Shown piece after piece: positions 10,111-21,390 of a stretch of 64,000 nucleotides of DNA. The stretch's first letter is position 1, and every line of letters starts with the position of its first letter. A model generated the notes under the pieces. That model was given only the letters and a program-made list of their open reading frames with translations. It did no database searches and was not told where the DNA came from. Position numbers and translations under genes: made by a program. Origin of the DNA: an uncultured Acidobacteriota bacterium (lineage in GTDB: Bacteria > Acidobacteriota > Thermoanaerobaculia > UBA5066); assembly GCA_963779415.1 (NCBI GenBank), contig CAVZYA010000002.1:768001-832000 (forward strand), read 5' to 3'.

Positions 10111-10869
10111 GTGTCTGCCGCGGCTCTCGCCGCCGTCCTTTTGATGTCGGCCGGTGTCCGTGCGGCGCCCGGGCCGGGAGACGCGCCCCTCTCGGCGGTA
10201 GGAACTCTGGTCGTCGACCAGGAGGTCACCGTCACGACGCGCGTTTCCGGGGTCATCGATTCCCTGATGGCCGAACGGGGCGAGGTCGTCCGGAAGGACC
10301 AGCCGCTGGCGACGATCGACCAGCGGGAGTTCCGGCTCGACCTCCGGGCCGCCCAGGAGACGCTGAACGTCTCCCGGGCCGATCTCAAGAGAGCCGAAGA
10401 GCTGTTCCGGCTCAGTCTGTGCAGCCAGGCCGAGCTGGAGCAGAAGCGGGCGCACCACGAGCTGGCGCAGGTGGAGTTCGAGCGCGCTCAGCTCGTCATC
10501 GATCGCTCGGTCGTTCGCGCACCCTTCGACGGCATCGTCGCGGACCGGTACGCGCACGTCGGCGAAAAGGTCCTCCTGGAGGAGAACAAGCCGCTCTTCA
10601 AGGTCGTCGCTCTCGAGCCGCTCCTCGCGCGCGCCTACCTCCCCGGCACCGCGCTGACCCGGGTGAAGCCGGGGCAGGAGGTGGCCGTCGCCGCGCACGA
10701 CCTGCCGAACGTCCGGTCCACCGGGCGCATCGCCTTCGTCAGCCCCGTCCTCGACCCGGGAAGCGGTTCCGTTCAGGTCGTCGTCAACGTCAAGCGCGAT
10801 ACGGGAAAGCTGCTCCGCCCCGGAATGGCCGTCCAGCTCCTCTTCGTGGGGGCCGCGGCCGCGCCCTGA
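10111..10869 (+). CDS. Membrane-fusion protein (RND/HlyD periplasmic adaptor)
   Basis: Signal peptide; 'RVSGVI...GEVVRKDQPLA', alpha-hairpin, 'VRAPFDGIV', 'LLRPGM'. Confidence 0.85.
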   Translation: MSAAALAAVLLMSAGVRAAPGPGDAPLSAVGTLVVDQEVTVTTRVSGVIDSLMAERGEVVRKDQPLATIDQREFRLDLRAAQETLNVSRADLKRAEELFRLSLCSQAELEQKRAHHELAQVEFERAQLVIDRSVVRAPFDGIVADRYAHVGEKVLLEENKPLFKVVALEPLLARAYLPGTALTRVKPGQEVAVAAHDLPNVRSTGRIAFVSPVLDPGSGSVQVVVNVKRDTGKLLRPGMAVQLLFVGAAAAP

Positions 10870-10881
10870 GGCTTAAGGTCA

Positions 10882-11559
10882 ATGGCACCGCGCCGGCGCA
10901 TCCCCCTCCGAACGGCGGCAGATTCGGTCCTGCTGCACGACATGCGGAACATGGGGCAACGACTTCACCTCCTGCTGTCGAATCTGGACGAGCATTACGG
11001 AGACCCGGAGTTCAAGAGGAGCGTCGCCGTCCTGCTCCGGAGCACGGTGGAGAAGCTCGACGCGATGGCCACGCAGTGGGCGGCCCGCCGCGGCGGTGTC
11101 CTGATCAAGGTTCCGCTCGACCTGAACGATCTCCTCGGCGAGCTGCTCGCGTCGGCCGGGACGATGGGCGGAGATGCCCGCGTCACGGCCGAGTACGGTG
11201 AGCTGCCGCGCGTCTGGGGAGATCCCTATCTTCTCAGGGAGGCTTTCGGGAACGTCCTCGAGAACGCGCTCGAAGCGGCGTCGTCGTCCGTCCGGGTCCG
11301 GACGAAAGTCGAAACGCACGGCCGGCGCCGCCGGGCCGTTCTGGAGATCGAGGACGACGGGCCCGGAATGTCAGCGGACTTCCTCGCGAACCGAATCTTC
11401 CAGCCCTTCCAGACGACGAAGCCGGACGGCGTCGGGCTCGGTCTCTACTCCGCTCGTCAGATCGTCGGCCTTCACCGCGGGACGATCGACGTCCGGAGCG
11501 CGCCGGGAGCGGGGACGACGCTGCGGATCGCCCTCCCCGCGGCGGGCGAGGACCGCTGA
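10882..11559 (+). CDS. Stand-alone PrsK-like histidine kinase (HisKA + HATPase, no sensor domain)
   Basis: H-box 'LHDMRN...LLLSN...DPEF' resembles PrsK; N-box 'NVLENALEA', 'DDGPGM', 'FQPFQTTK', 'GLGL'. Only about 20 aa precede the H-box. Confidence 0.85.
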   Translation: MAPRRRIPLRTAADSVLLHDMRNMGQRLHLLLSNLDEHYGDPEFKRSVAVLLRSTVEKLDAMATQWAARRGGVLIKVPLDLNDLLGELLASAGTMGGDARVTAEYGELPRVWGDPYLLREAFGNVLENALEAASSSVRVRTKVETHGRRRRAVLEIEDDGPGMSADFLANRIFQPFQTTKPDGVGLGLYSARQIVGLHRGTIDVRSAPGAGTTLRIALPAAGEDR

Positions 11560-11561
11560 GC

Positions 11562-12965
<1,404 letters not shown>

Positions 12966-13060
12966 AAGATCGACCGGCAGGGTTCTTCCCGGCTCCGACC
13001 CCTCGCAACAGGAGGAGACGATTTTCGGGGGTTTCTTGCGATCTGCGGCCGGCCGGACGC

Positions 13061-13077
13061 TTGGCCCCCCGATTGCA
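13061..13077 (+). promoter_or_regulatory. Sigma-54 (-24/-12) promoter
   Basis: TTGGCCCCCCGATTGCA: GG at 13063-64 and GC at 13075-76 with canonical 12-bp spacing. Confidence 0.8.
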
Positions 13078-13122
13078 GATGAAAGGGCGGCGTACAGCCA
13101 AGAGAAAGTCAGGAGGACGGAG

Positions 13123-13554
13123 ATGTCAAACGAAGTGAAGATCAAATTGACAGACGAGCAGAAGGCCAAAATCAAGAAGGGGACGGGTCAGGAGCTATCC
13201 GAGATCCGGGTGAGCGCCGTAGGTGCGCAGGCGGCTCCGCGTGGCGCAGCGGCTCCGCGTGGCGCAGCGGCTCCGCGTGGCGCAGCGGCTCCCCGTGGCG
13301 CAGCGGCTCCCCGTGGCGCAGCGGCTCCGCGTGGCGCGGCGGCTCCGCGTGGCGCGGCGGCTCCGCGTGGCGCAGCGGCTCCGCGTGGCGCGGCGGCTCC
13401 GCGTGGCGCGGCGGCTCCGCGTGGCGCAGCGGCTCCGCGTGGCGCGGCGGCCCCGCGTGGCGCGGCGGCTCCGCGTGGCGCAGCGGCTCCGCGTGGCGCG
13501 GCGGCTCCGCGTGGCGCGGCGGCTCCGCGTGGCGGAGGACTTCCGAGCGTCTAG
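13123..13554 (+). CDS. 143-aa precursor-like peptide: ~35-aa charged leader, 17 tandem (A/Q)AAPRG units, GGLPSV tail
   Basis: AGGAGG RBS at 13111-13116, ATG 13123, TAG 13552-54; repeat variation is synonymous in this frame; flanked by promoter and terminator. Confidence 0.85.
   Translation: MSNEVKIKLTDEQKAKIKKGTGQELSEIRVSAVGAQAAPRGAAAPRGAAAPRGAAAPRGAAAPRGAAAPRGAAAPRGAAAPRGAAAPRGAAAPRGAAAPRGAAAPRGAAAPRGAAAPRGAAAPRGAAAPRGAAAPRGGGLPSV
13228..13533 (+). repeat. Coding tandem repeat, 17 x 18 bp (GCR GCG GCT CCG CGT GGC)
   Basis: Directly visible; no spacers; units 2-17 differ only at wobble positions. Confidence 0.95.
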
Positions 13555-13582
13555 CACGTCGGGTCGAAAGAGCCGTGACCCG

Positions 13583-13615
13583 AAGCGCCCCGGCTTCCCG
13601 GGGCGCTTTATTCTT
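13583..13615 (+). terminator. Intrinsic terminator between convergent genes
   Basis: AAGCGCCCCGG-CTTC-CCGGGGCGCTT perfect 11-bp stem followed by TATTCTT. Confidence 0.8.
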
Positions 13616-13619
13616 GGAA

Positions 13620-15812
13620 CTACCAGAAAGTCGACCGCAGCCAACGGTAAAGGATACGGCCTGCCTCAGCCAGGAGCGACGTCCGCGGCCCGCGGATCTT
13701 GGCGAAGCCGGACATTCCCGGTCGGAGGGTCCCGTCCGGGTTCTCGAACAGGGCTCGCACGACAATCTGGTCGGGCATCTCGGGCGGTCGAAGGGCTTCG
13801 GTAGCCTCGCCTCTCTCGTTATTGCGGGTGGCTGGGGCGATCGAGACGATGGTCCCGCGCACGGCGCGGAAGGGGCGGGCTGCGAGGTGAAGGGAAACGG
13901 TCTCGCCGACGCCGAGGTCGTACAGGAGACGCTCCGAGACCGGAAACGTGGCCGCGAGACGTGTCGTCTCGCCGACGGTGACGAGGGAAGTCCCGGCGGC
14001 GAGCCAGCGCCCTCGAAGGTCGTCCGGACGCGCCGTGAGAAGCCGGCCCTCGAACGGGCTCGTCACCTCGAGCGAGGCGGTTCGTGCGGCGTCGCTGGAA
14101 AGGCCCGCCTCGGCGGCTCTCTCGTGTTTTTCCGCGAGGAAAGCCTCGCCGGCCGCTCCCGCGCTGCGGCTCCGGCCGGCGTTGCCGGTCGCACCGGCAA
14201 GCCGTGCCTCGTCCGTCCGCCGCGACGTCTCGACGGCCGGACTTCCGAGCCGCAGGATCGGCTGCCCCGCGCGGAGGAGGTCGCCCTCGTGCGCGAGGAC
14301 CTCACGGACGATGCCGACCTCGGGGGCCTGGAGTCGCGCCGAGCGGGCGGGCTCGAGGACGGCATCCATCCGGATCGTCCGGGGGTACCACGGCAGGACA
14401 AGAAGAAGGACAGCCGCACCGGCGGCGGCGAGAAGAGGCGCGCGGGCTCGCGGCGACATCAGGAACTCCTTCTTGTCGAGATAGAAGAGGCGTGAAATTC
14501 GGACGAGGAGCCTGACCCTGCTTCGGAAGAAGAGGTACAGCGTGAGGAGGAGCAGGACTATCGCGAAATCCGGAACGAAGCTTGAGTAGAAGCTGTCGAG
14601 AAGCCTCGTGATGAACAGCATGATCAGGCCGAGGTAGCCGACTGCCAGCGTCCCGTAGACGGCGAAGATCCACTTCTTCCGCCGCGACACGACGGGGACC
14701 TCGACATTCAACCTCAGGATGTGTTTCTGGAAGAGCGAACCGAGGTACTTGAAGGAGTCTCCGCGGAGCTCCGGGATCTCGATGATGCTGGAGAGCGCGT
14801 AATACCCGTCCAGTTTTGTGAGCGGGTTGATGTTGAAAAAGACCGTCGAGATTCCCGTGAAGAGCATCGTCTTGTATGCCAGCGCATGGGCGAAGGAATC
14901 GGGGTATGTCGCGACCCAGAGCACAGTCGCAATCGTGCAGATGATCCCTTCGATGTAGATCCCGGCGATCGTCACCCAGAAACGTTGCCACTTGTTCGTG
15001 AACAGAAACGAGTCGGTCGTGTCGCAGTAGAAGGCGGGAGTGAAGTAGAGGAGAGCGATTCCCATGTCGTGGACGTCCCCCCCGTACATCTTTGTCGTAT
15101 ACCCATGGGCAAATTCGTGAAAGAAGCAGATCGTGGTCAGAATCACCCAGAACTGGATGAAGTCCCAGAACGGCTTCTGCCAGAACGTATAGAGATCGAG
15201 AGTCTGCGCCCAGATCGTGTCGAAACGGGTGGCGAAGACGCCGATCGTGAAGAGAAAGCAAACGCACGTGATGGTGACCGTCGTCGGCCGCCAGAGCCAC
15301 CGGACGTACCGGACTGTGCGCGTCAGGATGCGGTCCGGGTCGAAGACCTTAAAGAGCATGAAGAGGACATTGAAGCCCTCCGACTTCTCCTTGGCTGTCC
15401 GGTGCCTGAGCGACGCGAACTTCGAGAGGAGCTGGAGATTCCTCTCGGCCGCCGACTGCTCGAGTGCCTCGATGCCGCGGAGCATCTCCTCGTAGTCGAG
15501 GACCAAGGACAGGTCGACGGCGCTCCCTCCCAGCCGCCGGCTGTACTCCTCGCGAATCTCGATCGGCGTCCGCGTCCCGTCGAAAAGCTCGATAAGACCC
15601 CACGACCCGTCGTCAAAGGCGTAGACCTTGTTCGTTTCGGGGACTTTGACGACATACGAGACCTCGCCCATCTGGACCTGCCTCCGGATGACGAGGCTCT
15701 TCTTCAGTGCGGGCTTCTCCAGCCGCGTGCCGTGGCGGGCGGCGAGCGCTTCGGCGCTCTTCCCGGCGAGGGCCGCCGAGACGAGGCCGCCCGGCGCGAC
15801 GGCGGCGCTCAC
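13620..15812 (-). CDS. RRE/PqqD-like + M50 intramembrane metalloprotease + HlyD-type membrane-fusion domain fusion
   Basis: N-terminal 'SYVVKVPETNKVYAF...LFDGTRT..EI'; HExxH (HEFAH) and 'NINPLTKLDGYY'; C-terminal 'EVTSPFEG', 'NPDGTLRPGMSG'. Confidence 0.85.
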   Translation of the reverse strand: MSAAVAPGGLVSAALAGKSAEALAARHGTRLEKPALKKSLVIRRQVQMGEVSYVVKVPETNKVYAFDDGSWGLIELFDGTRTPIEIREEYSRRLGGSAVDLSLVLDYEEMLRGIEALEQSAAERNLQLLSKFASLRHRTAKEKSEGFNVLFMLFKVFDPDRILTRTVRYVRWLWRPTTVTITCVCFLFTIGVFATRFDTIWAQTLDLYTFWQKPFWDFIQFWVILTTICFFHEFAHGYTTKMYGGDVHDMGIALLYFTPAFYCDTTDSFLFTNKWQRFWVTIAGIYIEGIICTIATVLWVATYPDSFAHALAYKTMLFTGISTVFFNINPLTKLDGYYALSSIIEIPELRGDSFKYLGSLFQKHILRLNVEVPVVSRRKKWIFAVYGTLAVGYLGLIMLFITRLLDSFYSSFVPDFAIVLLLLTLYLFFRSRVRLLVRISRLFYLDKKEFLMSPRARAPLLAAAGAAVLLLVLPWYPRTIRMDAVLEPARSARLQAPEVGIVREVLAHEGDLLRAGQPILRLGSPAVETSRRTDEARLAGATGNAGRSRSAGAAGEAFLAEKHERAAEAGLSSDAARTASLEVTSPFEGRLLTARPDDLRGRWLAAGTSLVTVGETTRLAATFPVSERLLYDLGVGETVSLHLAARPFRAVRGTIVSIAPATRNNERGEATEALRPPEMPDQIVVRALFENPDGTLRPGMSGFAKIRGPRTSLLAEAGRILYRWLRSTFW

Positions 15813-18229
15813 GGCAGGAGGGGCCAGAGCTTCGTGGCGGCCCAGCGCGCCGGCCGGCGGAAGAGCGCCACGAGGAGCGGGCGGCGGCCGGTCGAGATCT
15901 TCCCCGTCCCGAGCATGCCCGGCTTGAGAAGACCGGAGGGGTTCTCGACCCGCGTCTCGGCGATTAGGAACCTCTCCTCTCCCTCCTCGCGTACGGCGGC
16001 GCCGAGCCGTGACACGCGCCCCCGGAACGTCCGCGTCGGGTAGGCGTTCATCTTCAGCGTGACATCCTGCCCGTCGGCGAGGAGGGTGGCGTCGCGCTCC
16101 GGGATCGCCACTTCCGCGAGGAGGGACGAGGTCTCGGCGAGGACGGCGAATTCCGCGCCGGCGGCGAGAAGCTGGCCGACCCGCTCGTCGAGGCGGGGAG
16201 TGATGACGATGCCGGCCTCCGGCGCGCGGAGCCGCGTGGCGGCCAGGCGCTCCTCGGCCCAGGTGGCGCGCGCGCGCGCCTCGCCGCGCCGGGAGAGAGC
16301 CTGCCCCATCGCGGCGGCGTTCCCCTCGGCCCGATGGCGCGCCACCTCGGCCTCGGCGATCTGCTCGGCGGCGCGGGCCTCGGCGAGGGCGGCCCGGTAG
16401 GCGTCGTCCTTGAGCGTCGCGATGACGTCACCCGCCGCCACGACGTCTCCCTCGCGATGCTCCACGGTGGCCACGATCCCGTCGACATAGGCAGTCACCG
16501 GAATCCGCCGCCCCGGAACGGCGCGGGCGGGGCCGGTGACGCGGATGTTCCAGGGCACGAGGACGAGGAGGAGCAGGGCCGCGGCGGCTCCCAGAAGCCA
16601 GCGCCGCCACCGGCTTGCCGGAAGGGCCGACAGCTTTCGCGTTCGCTCCGCGAGGGGCTTCAGGAAGCCGGGAAGCGGCATCTGCTGGTAGAGCTGGGCG
16701 TTCCTGACGGCGACTGTGGCCTGGTTGACGAGGATCTGAAGAAGATCGCGTGTCCCCGCGTCGAACTCGAGGGGCTCGTTACATTCGAACCCGAGGACTC
16801 CGAGCTTCCCTTCCTCGTCCTCGAGCAGAACGCCGTAGAAGGCGTTCCGGCCCGTCGCCTCGAAGAAGGCCCGGAACTTCTCCTCGGTCTCGGGCCGGTC
16901 CGTCTCGATCGTCCCGTCCTCCAGTCGCGTGACGGCTACGTTCTTACCGCCCCAGAAGACCCACTCCAGGAGTTCCTCTGTCCGGCGGACGGACGGGTCC
17001 TTCCGGTCCAGCTCCGCCACCCCGGAAACAGCCCCTATCCGGAGCTGTCCGCGCGAGAGGATCGCGATGGCGGCCCGGTCGTACGTCACGAGCGCGGAGC
17101 TGGCGTTCACGATGGTCCGCATCACCTTGTCGAGGTCGAGGGTGGAGGTGATCTCCCGGCTGACGGCGAGGAGGGCATCCAGCTCCTCGACCTTCTTCTC
17201 GGCCTCGTACTGGCGCGCGTTGTGGAGCGCCCGGACGGCCTGCCTCTCGATGTCGGCGAGAAGCTCCTCGTCGGCCGCGGTGAACTCGGGGTGCCGGCCG
17301 CGCTTGTTGACGACGACGATCACGCCGATCGGCGCGTCGTCCTCGAGGAGCGGCGCGGCGAGGAAGGAGTGGACCGGGTAGTCCGGGTTCTCGCCCCGCA
17401 CCGGGTCGTCCTCGGAAAGATCGTGCCGGCGCACAGTCGCGCTCTCGGCGAGGATGTCACCGACGATGGAGCCTCCAACGGCATCGGGCGGCGCGGGAAT
17501 GTCGTAGTTCGTGTTGACGGCCGTGGCCGCCAGCGTCACCTCGCCGGCCTGCCGGTCGAGTGTCCAGAATGACGCGACCTCGGCGCCCATGAAGTCGACG
17601 GCCTTACGGGCGATGATGGCCGAAAGCTCGGCGAGGTCGATCGTGGAGCCGAACGCCTTCGTCAGGTCGAAGAGGCTCGTCAGACGCTCGATGGCGTAGA
17701 GCATGCCGCCCGTCTTCCGCTCGGCGCGGAGAGCGCGGGCGAGGGCGGGCGTGGCGTGCTTGAGAAACCCCTGCACGTTCTGGAGGACGCTCCGGTCGGG
17801 CATCCGGTGGAAGGCGAGGGCGAGGATGCCGACGACGATCCGTTCGGCCGAAAGCGGCACGAAGAGGCACGCGACCGCCGGCGCCGGGATCGCCTTCAGG
17901 AAGGGGTCGTCAGCCGCGGCCAGCTGGTCGGCTTGGAGAAGAAGCGGGGTCCGGTCGCGGACGAGATCGTGTACGAGCCCGGTCTCCCGCGGGACGGAAC
18001 GCCTGACAACGCGTTCCGTGCCGGTGCCGTAGGCCGCGATGCAGAGGAAGGTGGGGTGGAGTGCGTCCGGGGCCCAGAGAAGGGCCGCGTCCGCGCCGGC
18101 CAGTTCCGCGCTCCACCGGGCCGCCCATCCCGAAGTCTGCGCGAGGCTCTCGCAGAGGGCCAGCTCCGCCAGCGCCCTGATCTCGGCGCTTTCCGGCGGC
18201 GACCCTCCGCGGCTCGGATCCTCTGGCAT
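15809..18229 (-). CDS. Multi-GAF-domain protein fused to HlyD-type membrane-fusion domain
   Basis: Three GAF-like repeats ('FLAAPL...IGVIVVVNK..FTAADEELL...ALHNARQY'), single TM, 'LRAPEAG', 'NPSGLLKPGMLG'; GTGA overlap with the M50 gene. Confidence 0.85.
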   Translation of the reverse strand: MPEDPSRGGSPPESAEIRALAELALCESLAQTSGWAARWSAELAGADAALLWAPDALHPTFLCIAAYGTGTERVVRRSVPRETGLVHDLVRDRTPLLLQADQLAAADDPFLKAIPAPAVACLFVPLSAERIVVGILALAFHRMPDRSVLQNVQGFLKHATPALARALRAERKTGGMLYAIERLTSLFDLTKAFGSTIDLAELSAIIARKAVDFMGAEVASFWTLDRQAGEVTLAATAVNTNYDIPAPPDAVGGSIVGDILAESATVRRHDLSEDDPVRGENPDYPVHSFLAAPLLEDDAPIGVIVVVNKRGRHPEFTAADEELLADIERQAVRALHNARQYEAEKKVEELDALLAVSREITSTLDLDKVMRTIVNASSALVTYDRAAIAILSRGQLRIGAVSGVAELDRKDPSVRRTEELLEWVFWGGKNVAVTRLEDGTIETDRPETEEKFRAFFEATGRNAFYGVLLEDEEGKLGVLGFECNEPLEFDAGTRDLLQILVNQATVAVRNAQLYQQMPLPGFLKPLAERTRKLSALPASRWRRWLLGAAAALLLLVLVPWNIRVTGPARAVPGRRIPVTAYVDGIVATVEHREGDVVAAGDVIATLKDDAYRAALAEARAAEQIAEAEVARHRAEGNAAAMGQALSRRGEARARATWAEERLAATRLRAPEAGIVITPRLDERVGQLLAAGAEFAVLAETSSLLAEVAIPERDATLLADGQDVTLKMNAYPTRTFRGRVSRLGAAVREEGEERFLIAETRVENPSGLLKPGMLGTGKISTGRRPLLVALFRRPARWAATKLWPLLP

Positions 18230-18253
18230 GTGGGACTCTTCGCGCCTCCCGGC

Positions 18254-18589
18254 TCAGAAGCTGGAGACGGCCTGTTCGCGGTCGTCGTACGTCTCGAAAA
18301 CGGAGTCGAGACGGGTCAACTCGAGGAGCCGCCGGAGCTGCGGCCCCACGGCGACGAGTTTCGTCTGACCGCCGCCGCTCTGCGATTCCGTCAGGGCGCG
18401 GACGAGAGCGCCGAGGCCGGTGGAATCGACCGAACGCAGGGCGCTGCAGTCGACGAGGATGTCCACCTTCCCTGTCTCGAGCAGGCGGAGGATCTCCCGC
18501 TTGAAGGCCGTTTCGGAATCTCCGATGACGAGATCGCCGGAGATCGAAACGACCGTTACGCGACCGTCTTCCTCGATCGAAAGCTGCAT
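18254..18589 (-). CDS. STAS-domain anti-sigma factor antagonist
   Basis: 'VDSTGLGALV', 'LLELTRLDSVF'; 111 aa. Confidence 0.9.
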   Translation of the reverse strand: MQLSIEEDGRVTVVSISGDLVIGDSETAFKREILRLLETGKVDILVDCSALRSVDSTGLGALVRALTESQSGGGQTKLVAVGPQLRRLLELTRLDSVFETYDDREQAVSSF

Positions 18590-18634
18590 GGCCCGGATTC
18601 CTGACGGAAGAATGGCAGAAGAACGGCCGGGAAG

Positions 18635-19549
18635 CTAGAGGGCGAGGAGGCGGTGGGGGACCCCGCCGGCGCACCGAAGGGCGGTCTCCCGGGAAATCCC
18701 GGAGGAGGCGAGGCGGTCGACGCACTGGTCCAGCGTGGCGGCGCTCCCGGCGAGGTTTCCCGAGGCGTTCCGGACGGCGCCGTCCCGGAGCGTCAGCGTC
18801 TCGCCCCAGACGGGATACGCCCCGTCGGGGAGCCCGGCGGCCGGGACGGCATCACTGATGAGAACGACCCGGTCAGGGCCCTTCACCTTGAAGACGAGCC
18901 GGAGCATGTCGGCGGAAAGGTGGTGGAGGTCGGCGATGACATCGACCGTGACCGCGTCGTTCGCCAGTCCCCAGCCGATCGGCCCGACGTCCCGGTGGTG
19001 GAGCGGCTTCATGGCGTTCCCGAAATGGGTCATGTGCCGTGCCCCGGCTTCGACGGCGCGGTCGAGGGTCCGCGCGTCGGCTTCCGTATGGCCGATCGCG
19101 ACGAGAAAGCCGCGCCGCGAGAACTCCCGGACGAGGTCGACCCCCCCCGGGATCTCGGGGGCGAGCGTCACGACGGGGCGGCCGGGAAACCACGCGATGG
19201 CGTCGAAGAAGACGCCGACGGCGCGGTCGTCCTTCCCGTCGAGGAGATTGGTCGGGTGGAGCGCGCCGGTGCGGGCAGGCGAGACGAAGGGCCCCTCGAA
19301 GTGGATCCCGAGCGGGATCGCCCCCCGGCCGTCTCCCTCCCGGCGGCTTCTCATCCAGGCCGCGAGGCGGGCGACGAGAGGCTTCAGGTCGGCGAGAGGC
19401 ACCGGGACGAGCGTCGGAACGAAGCCCGCGACGCCGCGCGAGGCGAGCCCCTTTGCCAGGAAGTCAAGCCCTTCGGAGTCTGCCGAAAGGACGTCGATTC
19501 CGAACGCCCCGTGGATGTGGATGTCGACGAGGCCGGAAGGCTCCTTCAC
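18635..19549 (-). CDS. nagA: N-acetylglucosamine-6-phosphate deacetylase (short form)
   Basis: 'VDIHIHG', 'GIHFEGPF', 'TLAPE', 'GHT', 'THFGNAM', 'ISDA', 'LAGS'. Confidence 0.88.
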   Translation of the reverse strand: MKEPSGLVDIHIHGAFGIDVLSADSEGLDFLAKGLASRGVAGFVPTLVPVPLADLKPLVARLAAWMRSRREGDGRGAIPLGIHFEGPFVSPARTGALHPTNLLDGKDDRAVGVFFDAIAWFPGRPVVTLAPEIPGGVDLVREFSRRGFLVAIGHTEADARTLDRAVEAGARHMTHFGNAMKPLHHRDVGPIGWGLANDAVTVDVIADLHHLSADMLRLVFKVKGPDRVVLISDAVPAAGLPDGAYPVWGETLTLRDGAVRNASGNLAGSAATLDQCVDRLASSGISRETALRCAGGVPHRLLAL

Positions 19550-20404
19550 GATCCGCCCTGCTCTGGAGGCGAACTGAGCGCGAGGGTGATGTTGTTTTTC
19601 TTCTTAGAAAGAAAGAGACGGGCGGCCTCGCAGTCGAGCCCCCACTTCGCGGCGACGAGGGCGGTCGGGAGATTCCATTCACTCTTTCTAAGCAAATCCT
19701 CGGCGTTCTCTTTGGACGTTTCGGCCAGCTCCGAGACGATTCGGATCGCGCGCTTTTTGAGCTTCTCGTTCGTCGGTTTCATGGCGACCATCTCGTCGCG
19801 CCAGACGAGGCCCCTCTTCGCCATGACGGCCGTCGAGAGCATGTTCAGGACGAGCTTCTGCGCCGTCCCGGCCCGCATCCGGGAGGACTCCTTCAGGACT
19901 TCCTCTCCGACGTCGACGAGGATCGGAAATTCCGCCTCCCGAAAGAAGCGGCGTCGCCGGCCGGCAGACGAGTGCCGCCGTCAGCGCCCCCATCTCCCGC
20001 GCGTGGCGGATCGCCCCGCGGACGTACGGCGTGGCGCCGCTCGCGGCGATCCCGACGACGGCGTCGCGCCCCGTCATCCCGGCGGCCTCGAGGTCGCGCG
20101 CGCCCGTGTCGGCGTCGTCCTCGGCCCCTTCGACCGCCTGGAAGAACGCCTCGCGTCCCCCCGCCATCAGGGCGACGACGAGCGACGGGTCCGTTCCGAA
20201 GGTGGGGGGGATCTCCGCGGCGTCGAGGGCGCCCAGCCGCCCGCTCGTCCCGGCCCCGACGTAAAACCAGCGTCCCCCCGCCTCGAGCCGCGCCGCGATC
20301 GCGTCGGCGGCGCGGGCGATCGAGGGAATCGCCGTGGCCACGCGCTCGGGAACGTCACGGTCCGCTTCGGAAAGGCGGCGAAGAAGCGCGAGCGTTTCGC
20401 TCAT
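19546..20404 (-). CDS. murQ: N-acetylmuramic acid 6-phosphate etherase; frameshifted near 19880-19970
   Basis: '[21 protein letters not shown]', 'EGAEDD', '[11 protein letters not shown]', '[16 protein letters not shown]'; ATGA overlap with the upstream kinase. Confidence 0.88.
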
Positions 20405-21342
20405 CGTGGGGTCCCGGTCCTGGCGAGGGCGAGGCGGACCGCGCCGATCTCGGGTGGGTAGGCGGGGGGGTGGAGGCGGGCCTCCGGGGCGACCGTACGG
20501 ATCCGCGCCTCGAGCGGCTCGAGGATCAGGTCGCCCGCGCTGAAGACGCCGCCGACCGTCGCGATGCCGAACCTCTCCCGCTCGAGCTTCAACTTCTTCA
20601 CGAGCGTGAGGACAGCGAGGGCCAGCTCCTCGACGGCCTCGCCGAGAATCCGGAGAGCCTCGCCGTCCCCTTCGCGCGCCGCCTTGAGGACGATCGGAAA
20701 GTACGCGGCCACGTCGGCGGGCGCGCCGTCCGTCCGGTAGATCCGCTGGAGCAGCTCGTCCGAGGTCTTCATCCCCTCGGAGGCGAAGAGAAAGTCGCGG
20801 ATCCGCGTCCGCGGCCCGCGCCCGTCGAGGTCGCGGACCACCGCGGAGAGCCCCTGCCGGGCGATGAAGTAACCCGACCCTTCGTCTCCGAGGACGGGGC
20901 CCCAACCCCCCGTCCGCCCTTCGGTCCCGTCCACGCCGCGGCCGAAGACGATGGCCCCCGTTCCGGCGATCAGGACGAGGCCGGGGCCGTCCACCGGTCC
21001 TTCGAGGGCGCCCGCGAGGGCGATCCGGGCGTCGTGCGTCACGAAGACCTTTCCCTGGCCGTAGTGCTCCTCGAGCGCGGACGTCAACCGGGGGCCGATC
21101 CCCGCAGCTTCGACCCCCGCGAGGCCGCATGCCACGGCTGCCGCCGCCGAGGGATCGACCCGCGCATGCTGGGCCGCGTCGCTGACGGCGTCCGTCACCG
21201 CCTGTACGACGCGCGGAAGAGCGCGCGTCGCCGCGTTCGCCGGCCCGCCCGATCCCCGTCCGAGGACGGCGAGCGTCGCATCCGCCACGACGGCGCGGGT
21301 GTGCGTCCCCCCTCCGTCCACGCCGATGAAAAAGGGAGCCAT
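20401..21342 (-). CDS. BadF-family N-acetylglucosamine/MurNAc kinase
   Basis: '[10 protein letters not shown]', 'HDARIAL', 'IAGTG', '[13 protein letters not shown]'. Confidence 0.85.
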   Translation of the reverse strand: MAPFFIGVDGGGTHTRAVVADATLAVLGRGSGGPANAATRALPRVVQAVTDAVSDAAQHARVDPSAAAAVACGLAGVEAAGIGPRLTSALEEHYGQGKVFVTHDARIALAGALEGPVDGPGLVLIAGTGAIVFGRGVDGTEGRTGGWGPVLGDEGSGYFIARQGLSAVVRDLDGRGPRTRIRDFLFASEGMKTSDELLQRIYRTDGAPADVAAYFPIVLKAAREGDGEALRILGEAVEELALAVLTLVKKLKLERERFGIATVGGVFSAGDLILEPLEARIRTVAPEARLHPPAYPPEIGAVRLALARTGTPR

Positions 21343-21390
21343 CGAGGCGAGCTTAGCAGCGGGGAGCGGGAGCGATTAACCTCCGGGACG

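Noticed and set aside
13228-13533. CRISPR array or non-coding VNTR
   Set aside because: No spacers and no cas genes; the unit length is a multiple of 3 with synonymous-only variation inside an ORF that has an RBS.
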